64,000 bases of DNA from an uncultured Planctomycetota bacterium (GCA_963823665.1 CAWGMQ010000007.1:704001-768000); one strand, 5' to 3'. Shown: positions 31,235 through 43,267, counted from the stretch's first letter. Notes: a model not told the origin generated them from the letters alone. Numbers and translations: made by a program.

Positions 31235-34200
31235 ATGAACGCCGGAGAACTCAGCGTGAAAGCGATCTTCGACGAGGCCGCGGAGATCGTCGACGACGGG
31301 GCACGACGCGACTACCTGGAGCGGGCCTGCGCCGGCGACGACGCGGTGCGCCTCAAGGTCGACGCCCTGCTCCGGGCCTATGCCGACGCCGGCAGCTTCC
31401 TCCAGCAGCCGGCCGCGGACGCCGAGTTGACCGACGCGTTCACGCCGGCCGACAGCCCGCGCACACCCGCGGAGGCCCGGCCGATCGGCGAAGGGCCCGG
31501 GACCCGGATCGGCCCTTACAAGCTCTTACAGCCGATCGGCGAGGGGGGCATGGGCGTCGTCTACATGGCCGAACAGGAGCAGCCCGTCCGCCGCCGCGTC
31601 GCGCTCAAGATCATCAAGCCGGGGATGGACAGCCGTCAGGTGATCGCCCGGTTCGAGGCCGAGCGTCAGGCCCTGGCCCTGATGGACCACCAGAACATTG
31701 CGCGGGTGCTTGATGCCGGGACGACCGAGACCGGCCGCCCGTATTTCGTCATGGAGCTGGTCCACGGCGTTCCGATCACGAAATACTGCGACGACACCCA
31801 GTTCACGCCGCGCGAGCGGCTCGAGCTGTTCGTGCCGGTCTGCCGGGCGATCCAGCACGCGCACCAGAAGGGGATCATCCACCGCGACATCAAGCCGTCG
31901 AACGTGCTGGTGACGATGTACGACGGCAAGCCGGTGGCCAAGGTGATCGACTTCGGCGTGGCCAAGGCCATCGACCAGCGGCTGACCGAGCGGACAATGT
32001 TCACCCAGTACGGCTCGATCATCGGGACGCTGGAGTACATGAGTCCCGAGCAGGCCGAGATGAGCGCCCTGGGGGTGGACACGCGCAGCGACGTCTATGC
32101 GCTGGGCGTGCTGCTCTACGAGTTGTTGACGGGCACGACGCCGCTGGAGCGCATGTCGCTGCGGGAGGCGGGGTATGCCGAGATCCTCCGGCGGATCAAG
32201 GAAGAAGAGCCGCCCCGGCCGAGCACGCGGCTGAGCGCGTCGCGCGCGGCGCTGCCGTCGATTTCGGCGCAGCGGAAGACCGAGCCGGAGAAGCTGACGA
32301 GGCTGATGCGGGGGGAGCTGGACTGGATCGCGATGAAGTGCCTGGAGAAGGACCGGACGCGGCGATATGAGACGGCCATCGGGCTGGCGCAGGACGTCGA
32401 GCGGTACCTGAACGACGAGCCGGTGGAAGCATGCCCGCCGTCGGCGTCGTACCGGCTGCGGAAGTTCGCGCGCAAGCACCGGGCGCCGATCGCGGTCGCG
32501 GCGAGCTTCCTGTTCCTGCTGGTGGCCGCCGTCATCGTCAGCGCATGGCAGGCCAGGGCGGCCCGGCGGGCCGAAGGGCGGGCGATGGCGGAGCGAGAGC
32601 GGGCGCTGGCCGCCGAGCTCGAAGCGACGTCGCAGCGCGACCTGGCCACGGACGGGCGGAGGGAGTCCGAAGCCTCCCGGGAGGCGCTGCGGCGTTCGCT
32701 GTATGCCTCGGACATCCAACTGGCCCAGGCGGCTTGGAAGTCGGGCAGCATCCTCCGGATGCGTGAGCTGCTGGACGGCCATAAGCCCCGAGGAGGCGAG
32801 GACGACCTCCGCGGCTTCGAATGGCATTACCTGCGGCGGCTGGGCTCGGCATTCCGCTCGTTCCAGCCGATGCGGGAAGCCGTGGGTGGGGTGCTGAGCC
32901 CCGACGGTCGGCGCTATGCCCGCGCCGTGCGGGTTCGCGCCCGAGGGGCCGCGATCGGCCAGGAATTCCAAGTGAGGCTCTGGGACACGACCTCGGGGCA
33001 AGAACTGCGCGGTTTCACCCCATTTCCGGGCGAAATGGCCGTCATCATCATCGGCGGCGGCACATTCAGCCGCGACGGCAAGCGCTTCGCGTTCCAGGCT
33101 CTCCTCCGCGACGCGGCTGGCCGGGAACACCGGCGGTACACGGTCTGGGAGTGGGACAGCGGCCGCGTGCTGTTCGCCCCGGCCGATCCCGCCGATGCCA
33201 TCGTAGGAGGGACGTTCGATCCCGCGGGCCAGCGGCTGGCGGCCGCGGTCCTCCGGCCGGGAGACAAGGGGGAGTGTGAGCTGAAAGTCTGGGAGGTCGA
33301 GGGCGGCAAGGAACTCTTCACGATCCCGCTGACGGTGATGTCCTCGCTCGCATACAGGGGCCTCGCGTTCAACCCGGACGGGACTTGCATCGCCGCCCTG
33401 GCGCAGGGCGCAGGTGCTGGGAACGATAAGGAGGGCACGGATGTTCGGGTCTGGGATGTCACGTCGGGCAGGGAGCGGCTGCGGTTCCCGATCTCTGCGA
33501 CGAACGTCTTGGCCTACAGCCCCGATGGCCACCGCCTCGCCGTGGGAGCCGGCTGGGTGGGCTCGGCCCCTGCAAAGGCCCCGATCCGGATCCACGACGC
33601 CGGGTCGGGACGGGAACTCCTGCAACTGACATGGGAAGACGAAGCCGGCGATCCCCGGGACCTCGGCGTCGTCGGGAGGATCGCCTTCAGCCCCGACGGT
33701 TCGCGCCTGGCCGCCGCGGCGAGGGATGGCAGGCTGTGGGTCTGGGATCTGACCGCCGTCGAGCCGGGGGGCCACCGCCCGCCGGCTCGCGTCCTGGAGG
33801 AGCGGCGCATCCCGCTCAGCGATGTGGCCTGGGGCGCTGACGGCGGCTCGGTCTCCACCTGCGACATCGGCGGGACGATCCAGACGTGGGAACTTGCGGC
33901 TCGCGAGGATCGCCTGGTGCAGCGAGGTCCGTGCTACGAATCTTTCCCACCGTCCTGCTCCGAGGACGCCTCGCGCTTCTGCGCCGCCTTCAGCACACCG
34001 GCAGGGATCGAGCTGAAGGTCTGGGACCGGACCGGAAAAGTGCGGTTCACGGCGAAGGACGAAGCATTCGAGATCAGACCGGGCTTCGTGTACGTGAGGC
34101 GGCTGAAGCTGAGCCGCGACGGCGATCGCCTCGCGTTCACCTCGGCGGGCCCCGGCGCGATCCGCGCCTGGGATGTCGCCACCGGTCGGGTGCTCCTGCG

Positions 34201-34959
34201 CCGTGACGGCAAACAAGAACGAGTCTGGTTTAGCGGCGCCGCGTTCGCCCCGGACGGGCGGCGCCTGGCTGCAATCTCCACTGGGCCACGGGACTCCGCC
34301 GGCACCCTTACCTCCCGAGTGCTCGTCTGGGACCTCGAATCCGGCAAGGAAGAGCGTCGCCTGGATATCCCGTGGGCGGGATCCGACTCGGGGTTGGCCT
34401 TCAGCCCGGACGGGACCCGGCTCGCAGGAGCTGTCGGGTGGCCGACTGACGAGTCGCCGACGGTCAAGGTTCGGGTCTGGGACGCCGCCACGGGCGCGGT
34501 GATCATGGCCCGAGAGTTCCCCTTCGCCAGCCGGGCCATGCCGGCTTTCAGCGCGGATGGGTCGTTGCTCGCCGTGGCGGTCGGAGAGTGGTGGGGCTCG
34601 AGCGAGGTGAAGGTGCTGGATATCTCCAGCGGTAAGGAGTTGCGCTCGTTCGCGGGGCATCGCAACCAGGTCCACGGGCTGGTCTTCAGCCCTGATGGCC
34701 AACGGTTGGCCTCCTCGAGCGCGCCCCTGTCACTGCCTTCAACCGGACGGACGCCGAGGTCAAGCTCTGGGACGTCGCCGGCGGCCGCGAACTGCTGACC
34801 TTCCCGGCGACGAGTCGGGGCGACCTAGCGTTCAGCCCCGACGGCAGGCGGCTCACGTATGTGTCGGTGGCCAAGGACCGCGGAGATGCCGTAGTGCAGG
34901 TGTGGGACGCCACGCCGATGCCCGACGGTGTGACTCAGGTATCGCGACGACTACCATGA
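31235..34959 (+). CDS. Ser/Thr protein kinase with WD40 beta-propellers (frameshift ~34745)
   Basis: IGEGGMGVVY, HRDIKPSN, DFG, YMSPEQ; many AFSPDG..LA and VWD repeats; the last repeat continues in another frame to TGA 34959. Confidence 0.9.
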
Positions 34960-35095
34960 CGCGGCTCGGCGGATTACCCCGGATGACGATGTTCCGTGCT
35001 CTCGTGTCGATCCTGCCCAAGTCGCTCCGGTGCGGCGATGCCCCGGGTTGGACAGGGTCGAGATGGGAGCGGACAGGCGGCGCCGATCTCCTCCC

Positions 35096-35695
35096 ATGAA
35101 CGAAGTGACCCGGATCCTCGAGGCGATGTCGCAGGGCGAGGCGGGCGCCGCCGATCGGCTGCTGCCGCTGGTCTACGAGGAGCTGCGCAACCTGGCCGCC
35201 GCCCGGCTCGCCCGGGAGAAACCCGGCCAGACGCTCCAGGCGACGGCCCTGGTGCACGAGGCCTATCTGCGGCTGGTGGGCGGTGACGACTCGAAGCCGT
35301 GGAACGGCCGCGGCCATTTCTTCGGGGCGGCGGCGGAGGCCATGCGGCGCATCCTGGTCGAGGGCGTCCGGCGCAAGGTCCGCATCCGCCATGGGGGCGG
35401 GCTCAGGCGGGTCGACATCGAAGAAGGATGTTCCCTGGCCCAGCCCCCGCCGGACGACGACCTGCTGGCCCTCGACGAGGCCCTCGACCGTCTCGACGCA
35501 CTCGACCCGAAGCGGGCCGAGCTGGTGAAGCTCCGCTTCTTCGCCGGATTGACCATGCCCGAGGCGGCCGACGCGATGAAGATCTCGGTGGCCACCGCCG
35601 AGCGATACTGGGCGTTCGCGCGCACCTGGCTGTTCGCCGAGCTGGGCGGGGAGCCTCCGCCGGGCCCCCGGCCGAAGAATTCGCCGACGGCGTGA
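35096..35695 (+). CDS. ECF sigma factor, paralog of 30577-31149
   Basis: Near-identical N-terminal half; divergent sigma4 region (ISVATAERYWAFARTWL). Confidence 0.9.
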   Translation: MNEVTRILEAMSQGEAGAADRLLPLVYEELRNLAAARLAREKPGQTLQATALVHEAYLRLVGGDDSKPWNGRGHFFGAAAEAMRRILVEGVRRKVRIRHGGGLRRVDIEEGCSLAQPPPDDDLLALDEALDRLDALDPKRAELVKLRFFAGLTMPEAADAMKISVATAERYWAFARTWLFAELGGEPPPGPRPKNSPTA

Positions 35696-35723
35696 GGGGA
35701 TCCGGGCGGTTCCGTCGCACTGA
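35692..35723 (+). promoter_or_regulatory. Putative ECF-dependent promoter of second kinase gene
   Basis: GTGAGG-N15-CGTCGCACTGA. Confidence 0.5.
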
Positions 35724-35752
35724 CCATCGGAACCCAATGGAGGAGCCCAGCC

Positions 35753-38280
35753 ATGACCGACCTTTCCGTCATCGAGTCGATCTTCCTCGCCGCCCTGGAA
35801 CGGCCGACGCCCGAGGCCCGCGCCGTGTACCTGGACGCCAATTGCCCCGACCCGGAGGTCCGCCGACACGTCGAGCGGCTGCTCGCCGCCCACCCCGCGG
35901 TCGGCAGCTTCCTCGACTCGCCCGCCGGGGAGGTGACGGCCGACTACCGGCCGATCGCCGAGCGGCCCGGCACCTCGATCGGACCGTACAGGTTGATGGA
36001 GCAGATCGGCGAGGGCGGCATGGGCCTGGTCTTCGTCGCGGAGCAGCAGCAGCCCGTCCGCCGCAAGGTGGCGCTCAAGATCATCAAGCCGGGGATGGAC
36101 ACCCGCGACGTGATCGCCCGGTTCGAGGCGGAGCGCCAGGCCCTCGCGCTGATGGACCACCCCCACATCGCCCGCGTCTTCGACGCCGGCCAGACCGACA
36201 GCGGCCTGCCCTACTTCGTGATGGAGCTGGTCCGGGGGATGCCGATCATCGAGTACTGCGACCGGCAGCAGCTCAGCACCAGGGAACGGCTGGAGCTGTT
36301 CGTCGACGTCTGCCAGGCCGTCCAGGACGCGCACTCCAAGGGCATCATCCACCGCGATCTGAAGCCGTCGAACATCCTGGTGGCGCCACACGACGGCGTG
36401 CCCGTGGTCAAGGTGATCAACTTCGGGGTGGCCAAGGCTGTCGGCCAGCAACTCACCGACAAGACGATCTACACCCGGTTCCAGCAGATGATCGGCACGC
36501 CACTGTACATGAGCCCCGAGCAGGCGGAGATCAACGCGCTGGACGTCGACATCCGCAGCGACGTCTACAGCCTGGGCGTGCTGCTGTACGAGCTCTTGAC
36601 CGGCACCACGCCGTTCGACCGGGCGCGGTTCGCCGCCGCGGCGTACGACGAGATCCGCCGGATCATCCGGGAGGAGGACCCGCCCAAGCCCAGCACCCGG
36701 CTGAGCACGCTGGGCGAGACGATCGCGGCGGTGTCGTCGCGGCGGAGGACCGAGCCGGCGAAGCTGTCGGCCCTGGTGCGCGGCGACCTCGACTGGATCG
36801 TGATGAAGGCGATGGAGAAGGACCGGGCGCGTCGGTACGAGACGGCCACTGCCTTCGCAGCCGACGTCCGGCGCTTCCTCGCCGAGGAGGCCATCGAGGC
36901 GCGGCCGCCGTCGTCGTCGTACCGGCTGAGGAAATTCGTGCGGCGGCACCGCGTACCGGTCGGCGGCGGCGCGGCGCTGCTGTCGATGCTCGTGCTGGGC
37001 CTGGCCGGCACGAGGCTCGGCCTGATCCGGGCGAGGCGGGAAGCGACGCGCGCCCGCGTTGCGCTCCTGGAGGCCCAGGAGCAACGCCTCGCGGCGACGG
37101 CTGCGCAGCAAGAGGCGGTCCTCGAGAGGAACGGCGCGGTCGCCGCGCGCGAGGACCTGCGGCGGTCGCTCTACACCGCCGACATCCAACTGGCCGACGA
37201 AGCCCGCGAGTCGGGCGACATCCTCCAGATGCGCGAGTTGCTGGACGGACAGAAGCCCCGGCCCGGCGAGGCCGACCTCCGCGGCTTCGAGTGGCATTAC
37301 CTGAGGCGGCCCGCCGCGACGTTTCGCCCGATCCGGCTGGGCCGCGCCTCGCTCACCGAGGCACTCAGCCCCGATGGAACGCGATACGCCTGGCTGAGGG
37401 ACGCCGGTCAATCGAGGGAGGCGGACGCGGGCCGGCGGATCGAGCTCGGGCTGATGGACGTGGCCTCGGGCCGCGAGGTGTGCAGCATCGTCCCCGTGCC
37501 GGGCGAGACGATGACCAATTATCAGTTCCCGCGCGTATTCAGTCCCGACAGCAAGCGGTTCGTGTTCGCGGCTCGCATCCGCGACGGGTCCGGCCAGCAA
37601 GCCTGGCGGCTCAAGGTCTTCGACTGGGAGACCGGTCGCGACGTGGTGGCGGCCGAGGAAACGGGGCCGCCCGGCTGCGCGTCCGGGATCTCGCCGCGGG
37701 CCGGGAGGTGCTCCGTCGCGACGACGAGGGCGGTTCCTTCCATTCCGCCGCCTTCAGCTCCGACGGGCGACGGCTGGCGGCGGCATGGTGGGGGTACTTG
37801 AACGATTCCCGATTGGAGCAGGAGCACCGGGTTTTGTCATGGGACCTGGAGACGGGCCGCGAGCGGCTGAATCTGGACGTGCCGTACGTGGCCACCCTGG
37901 CGTTCAGCCCCAACGGGCGTCGGCTCGCGTGCGGGATTTCCGCCGCGCCCGGCCGGGCGGAAACGGGCGAGCTCCGGGTCTGGGATGTTGCGTCGGGCGA
38001 AAGGGTCCTGACGCGGAAGTTGGCGCACGGTCATGTCGGCGGCCTGGCCTACAGCCCTGACGGCACGTCGCTGGCCATAGCCGTCGGCGACGTGGGCGAG
38101 GCTGGGATGATCGAGGTGCTCAATGCCGATAGCGGTCGGGAGCGGCTCGCGCTCGCCGGCCATCGCTACATGATCTGGATGCTGGCGTTCAGCCCCGACG
38201 GGACGCGGCTGGCCTCGCTCGCCTCGTACCCGACGCGGGCAGCCGAGGTGAAGCTGTGGGACCTGGCCGGAGGCCGATAA
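35753..38280 (+). CDS. Ser/Thr kinase-WD40 protein, shortened and possibly degenerate (frameshift ~37665)
   Basis: Kinase motifs present but DFG reads NFG; WD40 region much shorter than the paralog and ends mid-repeat (EVKLWDLAGGR*). Confidence 0.78.
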
Positions 38281-38667
38281 CCGAGGGATGCCCACGCAGG
38301 GCTTGCCCTCACGATCGGTCACGCCGCGGCTTTCAGCGACCAGGTTGCCGAGGGCGACATCAGCGGCCTTCTCGCCCGGTAGCCCGAGGGAAGCCGGGCT
38401 CGACTGCCGGTTCAGATGGATATTCGCTCGACGATGTCCCGCATAACCTTACGCCGCTTCTCTTGCATCCGGGTGTTCCGCGGGTGGGCTTGGGCGGAGA
38501 GGTATCGGTTCGACAAGGAGTCGCTCGATGCTTCGGTCCAACGACACCGACGCGCGCCGATGCTCTGCGCAACCAAAGCCCCAGCGGTGCGTGGTTCGCG
38601 TGCAGGGGCGCAGCCAGACCGACAGAAGCCCCGCCTGGCCCGGAATCGACTTAATCAGCAAAGCTGC

Positions 38668-39541
38668 TCAAAATTCGCCGAATCCAGATCGATTATCGTG
38701 ACCACTCATAGAGCCCCCGCGCCTCGCCCCTCGCAGACTCATCGGCACCTCAAGCCCGTGCTGTTCCATGCTCGCCGCGTCACAAAGAATCAGCGCGCTC
38801 GCGCCATCCGCTGCCACCTTCCCCTCGTCCAGCACCACGGTTCGCGGGCATACTTCCAGCACGAGCTCAAGGTCATGCGTGGCGATCAGCTTGGTGCACG
38901 AGAGCCCCAGCAGAAGCTGGATAAACCTCCGGCGGGCTCGTGGGTCGAGGTTGGCCGAGGGCTCGTCGAGCACCAGGATTGACGGCTCGCATGCCAGCAC
39001 ACCGGCCAAGCACGCCCGCTTGCGCTCGCCGAAGCTGAGATGATGGGGAGGCCGATCAGCCAGCCCCGCCAGGTCGACTTGCGCGAGGCATTCAAGCGCG
39101 ATCGCCTTTGCCTCCGCGGCGCTCTTCCCCAGGTTCAGCGGTCCAAACGCCACATCTTCGATCACTGTGTTGCAGAAAAGCTGGTCGTCCGGGTCTTGAA
39201 ACACCAGCCCCACTCGCCGTCGCACCTCGAACGCCGTTCGTTCGCTCACCGGCAGACCATCGATCCACACCCGCGGCTCGCTCGGCCCGCGGCGGTCACG
39301 GCCGTCGAGTCCGGCATCGTGCGCGTGGCTCGAGCGCGCCGCGCGGCTTCCCAGGCAGCAAGCCGTTCAAGTGCAGCATGAACGTGCTCTTGCCCGCGCC
39401 GTTAGGCCCGACCACGGCCACCGACTCGCCGCTTGGCACGGCCAGCTCAACCCCGCGCAGCGCTTCTTTCCCGTCGGGATAACGGTAGGTGAGCCTGCTC
39501 ACGCGGATCGCCGGAGTCGTGTCGCTGGATAGACCGGTCAT
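38668..39541 (-). CDS. nikO: ECF-type Ni/Co transporter ATPase NikO/CbiO (frameshifts ~39290-39340)
   Basis: GPNGAGKST, VFQDPDDQLF, LSFGERKR, LDEPSANLDP. Confidence 0.85.
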
Positions 39542-39586
39542 TTTCGAGAGAAATCGCTTCGTTCGTTCGTGGCCGTCAAGGGGGAG

Positions 39587-40240
39587 TTATTCCTCGAGGC
39601 TGCGGAGTGTGCCCTGCCAGCCGCGAGCGACCATCGCCCCGTGCACTCGCTCCGCGCGCTCGAATGCCCGCAGAAAAAGCAGACCGATCAAGCCTCCCGC
39701 CAGGCCGAACGAAAAGGTGCCGCGCCCTCGAAATGATCGCGCTCGCCGCGCCGTCGCCATGCGATCGAGCTCCTCGGCCAGCACGAAGCGATACCGCTCC
39801 ATGATGGCGAGCGTCGCCACCAGCACGCGCGGAAGCCCCAGCTTCCGCAGTGCCGCCAGAAGCGTGTGAAACGAAGTCACTGCCGATAGCAAGAGCATCG
39901 CGACAATCGCCAGGCTGTTCTTGATCATGATGCTCAAGAGCACGACACCTAGACCAGCAGTCGCCCGGTCGGGATGGGCCGGCGCGAGCACAACTGCGAG
40001 AAAAGCAATCAAGACCAGAAAGGTGAGCCAGCGCCGGACGAGATCGGCCGGCGAAACGCCCGACAGTCCAATCAAGAGCGCCATGACAAATCCGAGAGCT
40101 CCAAGCCGGCTCCAGGCCCCGATCGGTGTGAGAACCGTGAAAACGACGAACGCCAGGGTCGCGATCAGCTTGACTCGCGCGTCGAGCCGCTCGAGCGGGC
40201 CGGACCGTTTTCCCGATCGGTCGAACGGTTCAAACCGCAT
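39587..40240 (-). CDS. nikQ: ECF transporter T component NikQ/CbiQ
   Basis: LDARVKL, ERYRFVLAEE, ARRAR, RAFERAERVHGAMVARG. Confidence 0.88.
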   Translation of the reverse strand: MRFEPFDRSGKRSGPLERLDARVKLIATLAFVVFTVLTPIGAWSRLGALGFVMALLIGLSGVSPADLVRRWLTFLVLIAFLAVVLAPAHPDRATAGLGVVLLSIMIKNSLAIVAMLLLSAVTSFHTLLAALRKLGLPRVLVATLAIMERYRFVLAEELDRMATARRARSFRGRGTFSFGLAGGLIGLLFLRAFERAERVHGAMVARGWQGTLRSLEE

Positions 40241-41213
40241 CGGCGTGTGCCTCGATCGGCTTCGTGCGCGGCAGCAGACGCGCCATCCCAAGCGCGACGC
40301 CAAAAACGACCAGCGTGCCCACGACACCGGCTGCGGCCGTCGCCACCTTCACGTGATCGGCACCCGCAATCCAGAGTTTGTAATCGGGCATTGGAGAGGG
40401 GACCTTTGCTGGTCCCTCGTCTCGAGCGACGACCGCGAGCTTCTTGCCCACGAACTCGAGGCCGTCATCCCATTCGGAAGCAATCGGCGCCAGGAAGACC
40501 GCGACCGCCAGGGCGACTCCCAGTCCGCCCAGAATTGCCTGGCCCCACCTTGTCGCCGTGCCCGGCCGCGCGATTGCCGGATCCGCGTCCTCGAAGAGAT
40601 CAGGCCGGCGCAACAACAAGAAACGGACCGCGGCGCCGGTAATGAGGGCCTCGCCCAGTCCGATCACCGCGTGTACGAGCACCATCCACGCCAGCAGCCG
40701 CGGGAACTCGCCGCCATGCCCTGATGCCGCCAGCTCGACCGCGCACGCGCCGGAAGCCAGCAGCACCGAAAACCAGGCCGCGGCCATCGCCGCGATCAAG
40801 ACCCCCTTGTGTCCGCCGATCGCCCGCCGAATCGGTCTGTAGATCGCGTAACCGCCCACGGAGCCGATCAGCCCCATGTTCACGAAATTGGCACTGAGTG
40901 CCGTCACGCCGCCGTCGGCAAACATCAAGCACTGCACGAGGAGTACTGCGGCGATCACAATCGCACCCGCCCAGGGCCCCAGCAGCACGGCCGCCAGAAC
41001 GCCGCCGAGCAAATGCCCGGAAACCAGCGGCAACACCGGAAAATTCACCATCTGCGCGGCGAAGATGAACGCCGCCATGGTACCCATGAGAACGGTCGTC
41101 CCGTCACCCAGCCGCCGTTCGGTTTTCCGCACCGCAATCGCAAGCCCCACGGCGCCCACGACCGCAGTCGTCGCAATCACCTTGGCGTCGAGAATCGAGT
41201 CCGGAATGTGCAT
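40230..41213 (-). CDS. nikM: ECF transporter substrate component, NikM fused to a NikN/PDGLE-type domain
   Basis: N-terminal [27 protein letters not shown]-terminal ASEWDDGLE...PMPDY. Confidence 0.85.
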   Translation of the reverse strand: MHIPDSILDAKVIATTAVVGAVGLAIAVRKTERRLGDGTTVLMGTMAAFIFAAQMVNFPVLPLVSGHLLGGVLAAVLLGPWAGAIVIAAVLLVQCLMFADGGVTALSANFVNMGLIGSVGGYAIYRPIRRAIGGHKGVLIAAMAAAWFSVLLASGACAVELAASGHGGEFPRLLAWMVLVHAVIGLGEALITGAAVRFLLLRRPDLFEDADPAIARPGTATRWGQAILGGLGVALAVAVFLAPIASEWDDGLEFVGKKLAVVARDEGPAKVPSPMPDYKLWIAGADHVKVATAAAGVVGTLVVFGVALGMARLLPRTKPIEAHADAV

Positions 41214-41329
41214 CGTTCCTGCTCACTAGGGCGACGGTTGTGTTGAGCCCGGCCATTCCCAATAAAACGCTCGAATTCGCACTCAACCGGTTCTGGGCGG
41301 GCCAGTCGCCCATTATGCAACAGATCCAT

Positions 41330-41369
41330 ATCGTAACGCCGGTATGTCGTCTCGTCAAAAACTTCATAC
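41330..41369 (-). promoter_or_regulatory. Sigma-70 promoter overlapped by NikR-type operator
   Basis: Minus strand TTGACG-N17-TACGAT (41358-41330); palindrome GTATGT-N16-TCATAC at 41342-41369 matches NikR GTATGA-N16-TCATAC. Confidence 0.75.
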
Positions 41370-41494
41370 CGCATTTCGGAACCACGATTTTGCGTCGCGC
41401 GCTGCGCTCAGGAGGGCTTCCTTTTCGCTCCCGCAAACGCGACGATGGCATGGTTCGCCGGCATGTCGCCGACCTTCGATTTGAGGAAAAGTCC

Positions 41495-42133
41495 GTGAGC
41501 ATCCACACCCAGCGCAAAGACCACACGCGTTCCTTTCTGTGCGAGGAAGATCTCAACCCCGATCCGATCCGCCAGTTCGCGCTCTGGTACGAGGAAGCGC
41601 AACGATCGGGCAATCCCGAATCGAACGCGGCGGCGCTTGCCACGGCCACGCCAGAGGGCCGCCCGTCCGCGCGGATGGTCTTGCTTCGCGGCGCCGACGA
41701 GCGGGGCTTCTCGTTTTTCACGAACTACGAAAGTAGAAAGGCCCGCGAGCTCGAGGCCAACCCCTACGCCGCGCTCGTCTTTTTCTGGCACGAGCTCGAG
41801 CGCCAGGTCCGCATTGAAGGACGCACCGAACGCGTCTCCGCCGAAGAATCGGACCGCTATTTTCACAGTCGCCCCAGGGGTGCCCGTATCGGCGCCTGGG
41901 CCTCGCCCCAGAGCCAGGTCATCGCGGGCCGCGACTTCCTCGACTCGCAATACAGCGAATCTGAAATCCGCCACCCCGGCGAGACCATTCCCCGGCCTTC
42001 CAACTGGGGCGGCTACCGCCTCATTCCCGACTCCCTCGAATTCTGGCAAGGCCGCCCCAACCGCCTGCACGACCGTTTGCGCTACACCCGGCGCAGCGAC
42101 GGAACCTGGCTGATCGAGCGGTTGGCTCCGTGA
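41495..42133 (+). CDS. pdxH: Pyridoxamine 5'-phosphate oxidase
   Basis: [43 protein letters not shown]. Confidence 0.95.
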   Translation: MSIHTQRKDHTRSFLCEEDLNPDPIRQFALWYEEAQRSGNPESNAAALATATPEGRPSARMVLLRGADERGFSFFTNYESRKARELEANPYAALVFFWHELERQVRIEGRTERVSAEESDRYFHSRPRGARIGAWASPQSQVIAGRDFLDSQYSESEIRHPGETIPRPSNWGGYRLIPDSLEFWQGRPNRLHDRLRYTRRSDGTWLIERLAP

Positions 42134-42135
42134 CG

Positions 42136-42789
42136 ATGTTCGGCAAAACGGAGACGCCGCCAATGGACACGACTGCGCACATCCTGGCTGCCCTCGAAGC
42201 CACCGGCCTGCTTCTCATTCAGGACCGATCGTTTCCAAACGTCGTCAATCTCATCACCGGCGAGACGCCGCGCGGCTCTTGGTGGGCGCATCCTCGCAGC
42301 CACGAGCTCTTCCGCTGCTTGAGCGCGATCGCCGCAGACCCGGGCGTGCTCGTGACCAAGCTCATTGATCGAAAAGTGACTTTCGTGCACCAGCGGCTAT
42401 GGCCCGCAGTCTCGTCGGTCGCTATGGCCCGCGCTCCGTGGCAGACGGATCGGCTTTCAAAAGAGGCGAGCCTCCTGCTGGACCAAGTTGAGCGCGAGGG
42501 ACAAATCGAGGCGTCGGGTCAGGAATCAGCAGAGCTCGAGCACAGGCTCCTGGTCCACGGAGACCAGATCCACACCGAGTCAGGCAAGCACATGACGCGC
42601 CTGGAAACGTGGGCGGCCTGGTCCCGCCGATCCGGTTCCGGACCGCCCGGTCCTCCCGAGGTTGCTCGGGCAGACCTCGAGAAATGCGTTGAAGATCTGG
42701 GCTTCCCTACCGACAGCCTCCCGTGGCACCATTACGAGCGCAAACGGCCAGGGAAGCACGGTAGCCGCAAGAAAGGCAAATCGCGTTAA
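42136..42789 (+). CDS. Hypothetical protein, possibly AlkZ-related/winged-helix
   Basis: GSWWAHP, TKLIDRKVTFVHQRLWP; follows pdxH directly. Confidence 0.55.
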   Translation: MFGKTETPPMDTTAHILAALEATGLLLIQDRSFPNVVNLITGETPRGSWWAHPRSHELFRCLSAIAADPGVLVTKLIDRKVTFVHQRLWPAVSSVAMARAPWQTDRLSKEASLLLDQVEREGQIEASGQESAELEHRLLVHGDQIHTESGKHMTRLETWAAWSRRSGSGPPGPPEVARADLEKCVEDLGFPTDSLPWHHYERKRPGKHGSRKKGKSR

Positions 42790-42862
42790 CACCGTTGCCG
42801 GGACCGCCACAAAAGTGACATCGTACAAGGGAAACCGCGACTTCGGTTCCAGTGAGGGCATC

Positions 42863-43156
42863 ATGAGCACGACGGATGAGCTCCCGACCATGAACCCCGC
42901 CGTTGCCGAAAGTCCGCCCGCCGCGAAGCGCCCGTGGTGGGTCCGCTTTGCCCTCTACGGCCTGCCCAACCGCCGCTCCGCTCTGGCATCGGTGATTATT
43001 CTGGTGTGGGTCGCAGCCCTTCTCGTCATCTACGGTTTCCGCGACCTCCGCTATTCTGCCGGTGCAATCCTCATCGCGCCCGCCATTGTATGGTACGCGA
43101 AAGCAATTACCTGGGCTGACCGCCATCACGGCTGGCCGCCCAAAACTCATCGTTAG
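42863..43156 (+). CDS. Small membrane protein (2 TM)
   Basis: GAGGG RBS, two hydrophobic segments. Confidence 0.55.
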   Translation: MSTTDELPTMNPAVAESPPAAKRPWWVRFALYGLPNRRSALASVIILVWVAALLVIYGFRDLRYSAGAILIAPAIVWYAKAITWADRHHGWPPKTHR

Positions 43157-43267
43157 GGCACCACCGAATACCGCCGGGAGTTGGGCCGTCTATCTGAATA
43201 AGAGCAGCCGAAGACTCCGCCGGTCATTCGATCCGGCTCGCCACTCTCTCCCTCGGAGGAATCCGTC

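Noticed and set aside
31526..37600. Very long antisense and alternate-frame ORFs (1058, 915, 993 aa)
   Set aside because: Shadow ORFs of high-GC kinase genes with no domain motifs, except the 3' end of 35299-38280, which is the frameshifted WD40 tail.
41214..41480. Cobalamin riboswitch expected upstream of a cbiMQO-like operon
   Set aside because: No B12-box-like conserved elements recognised; a NikR-type operator is present instead.
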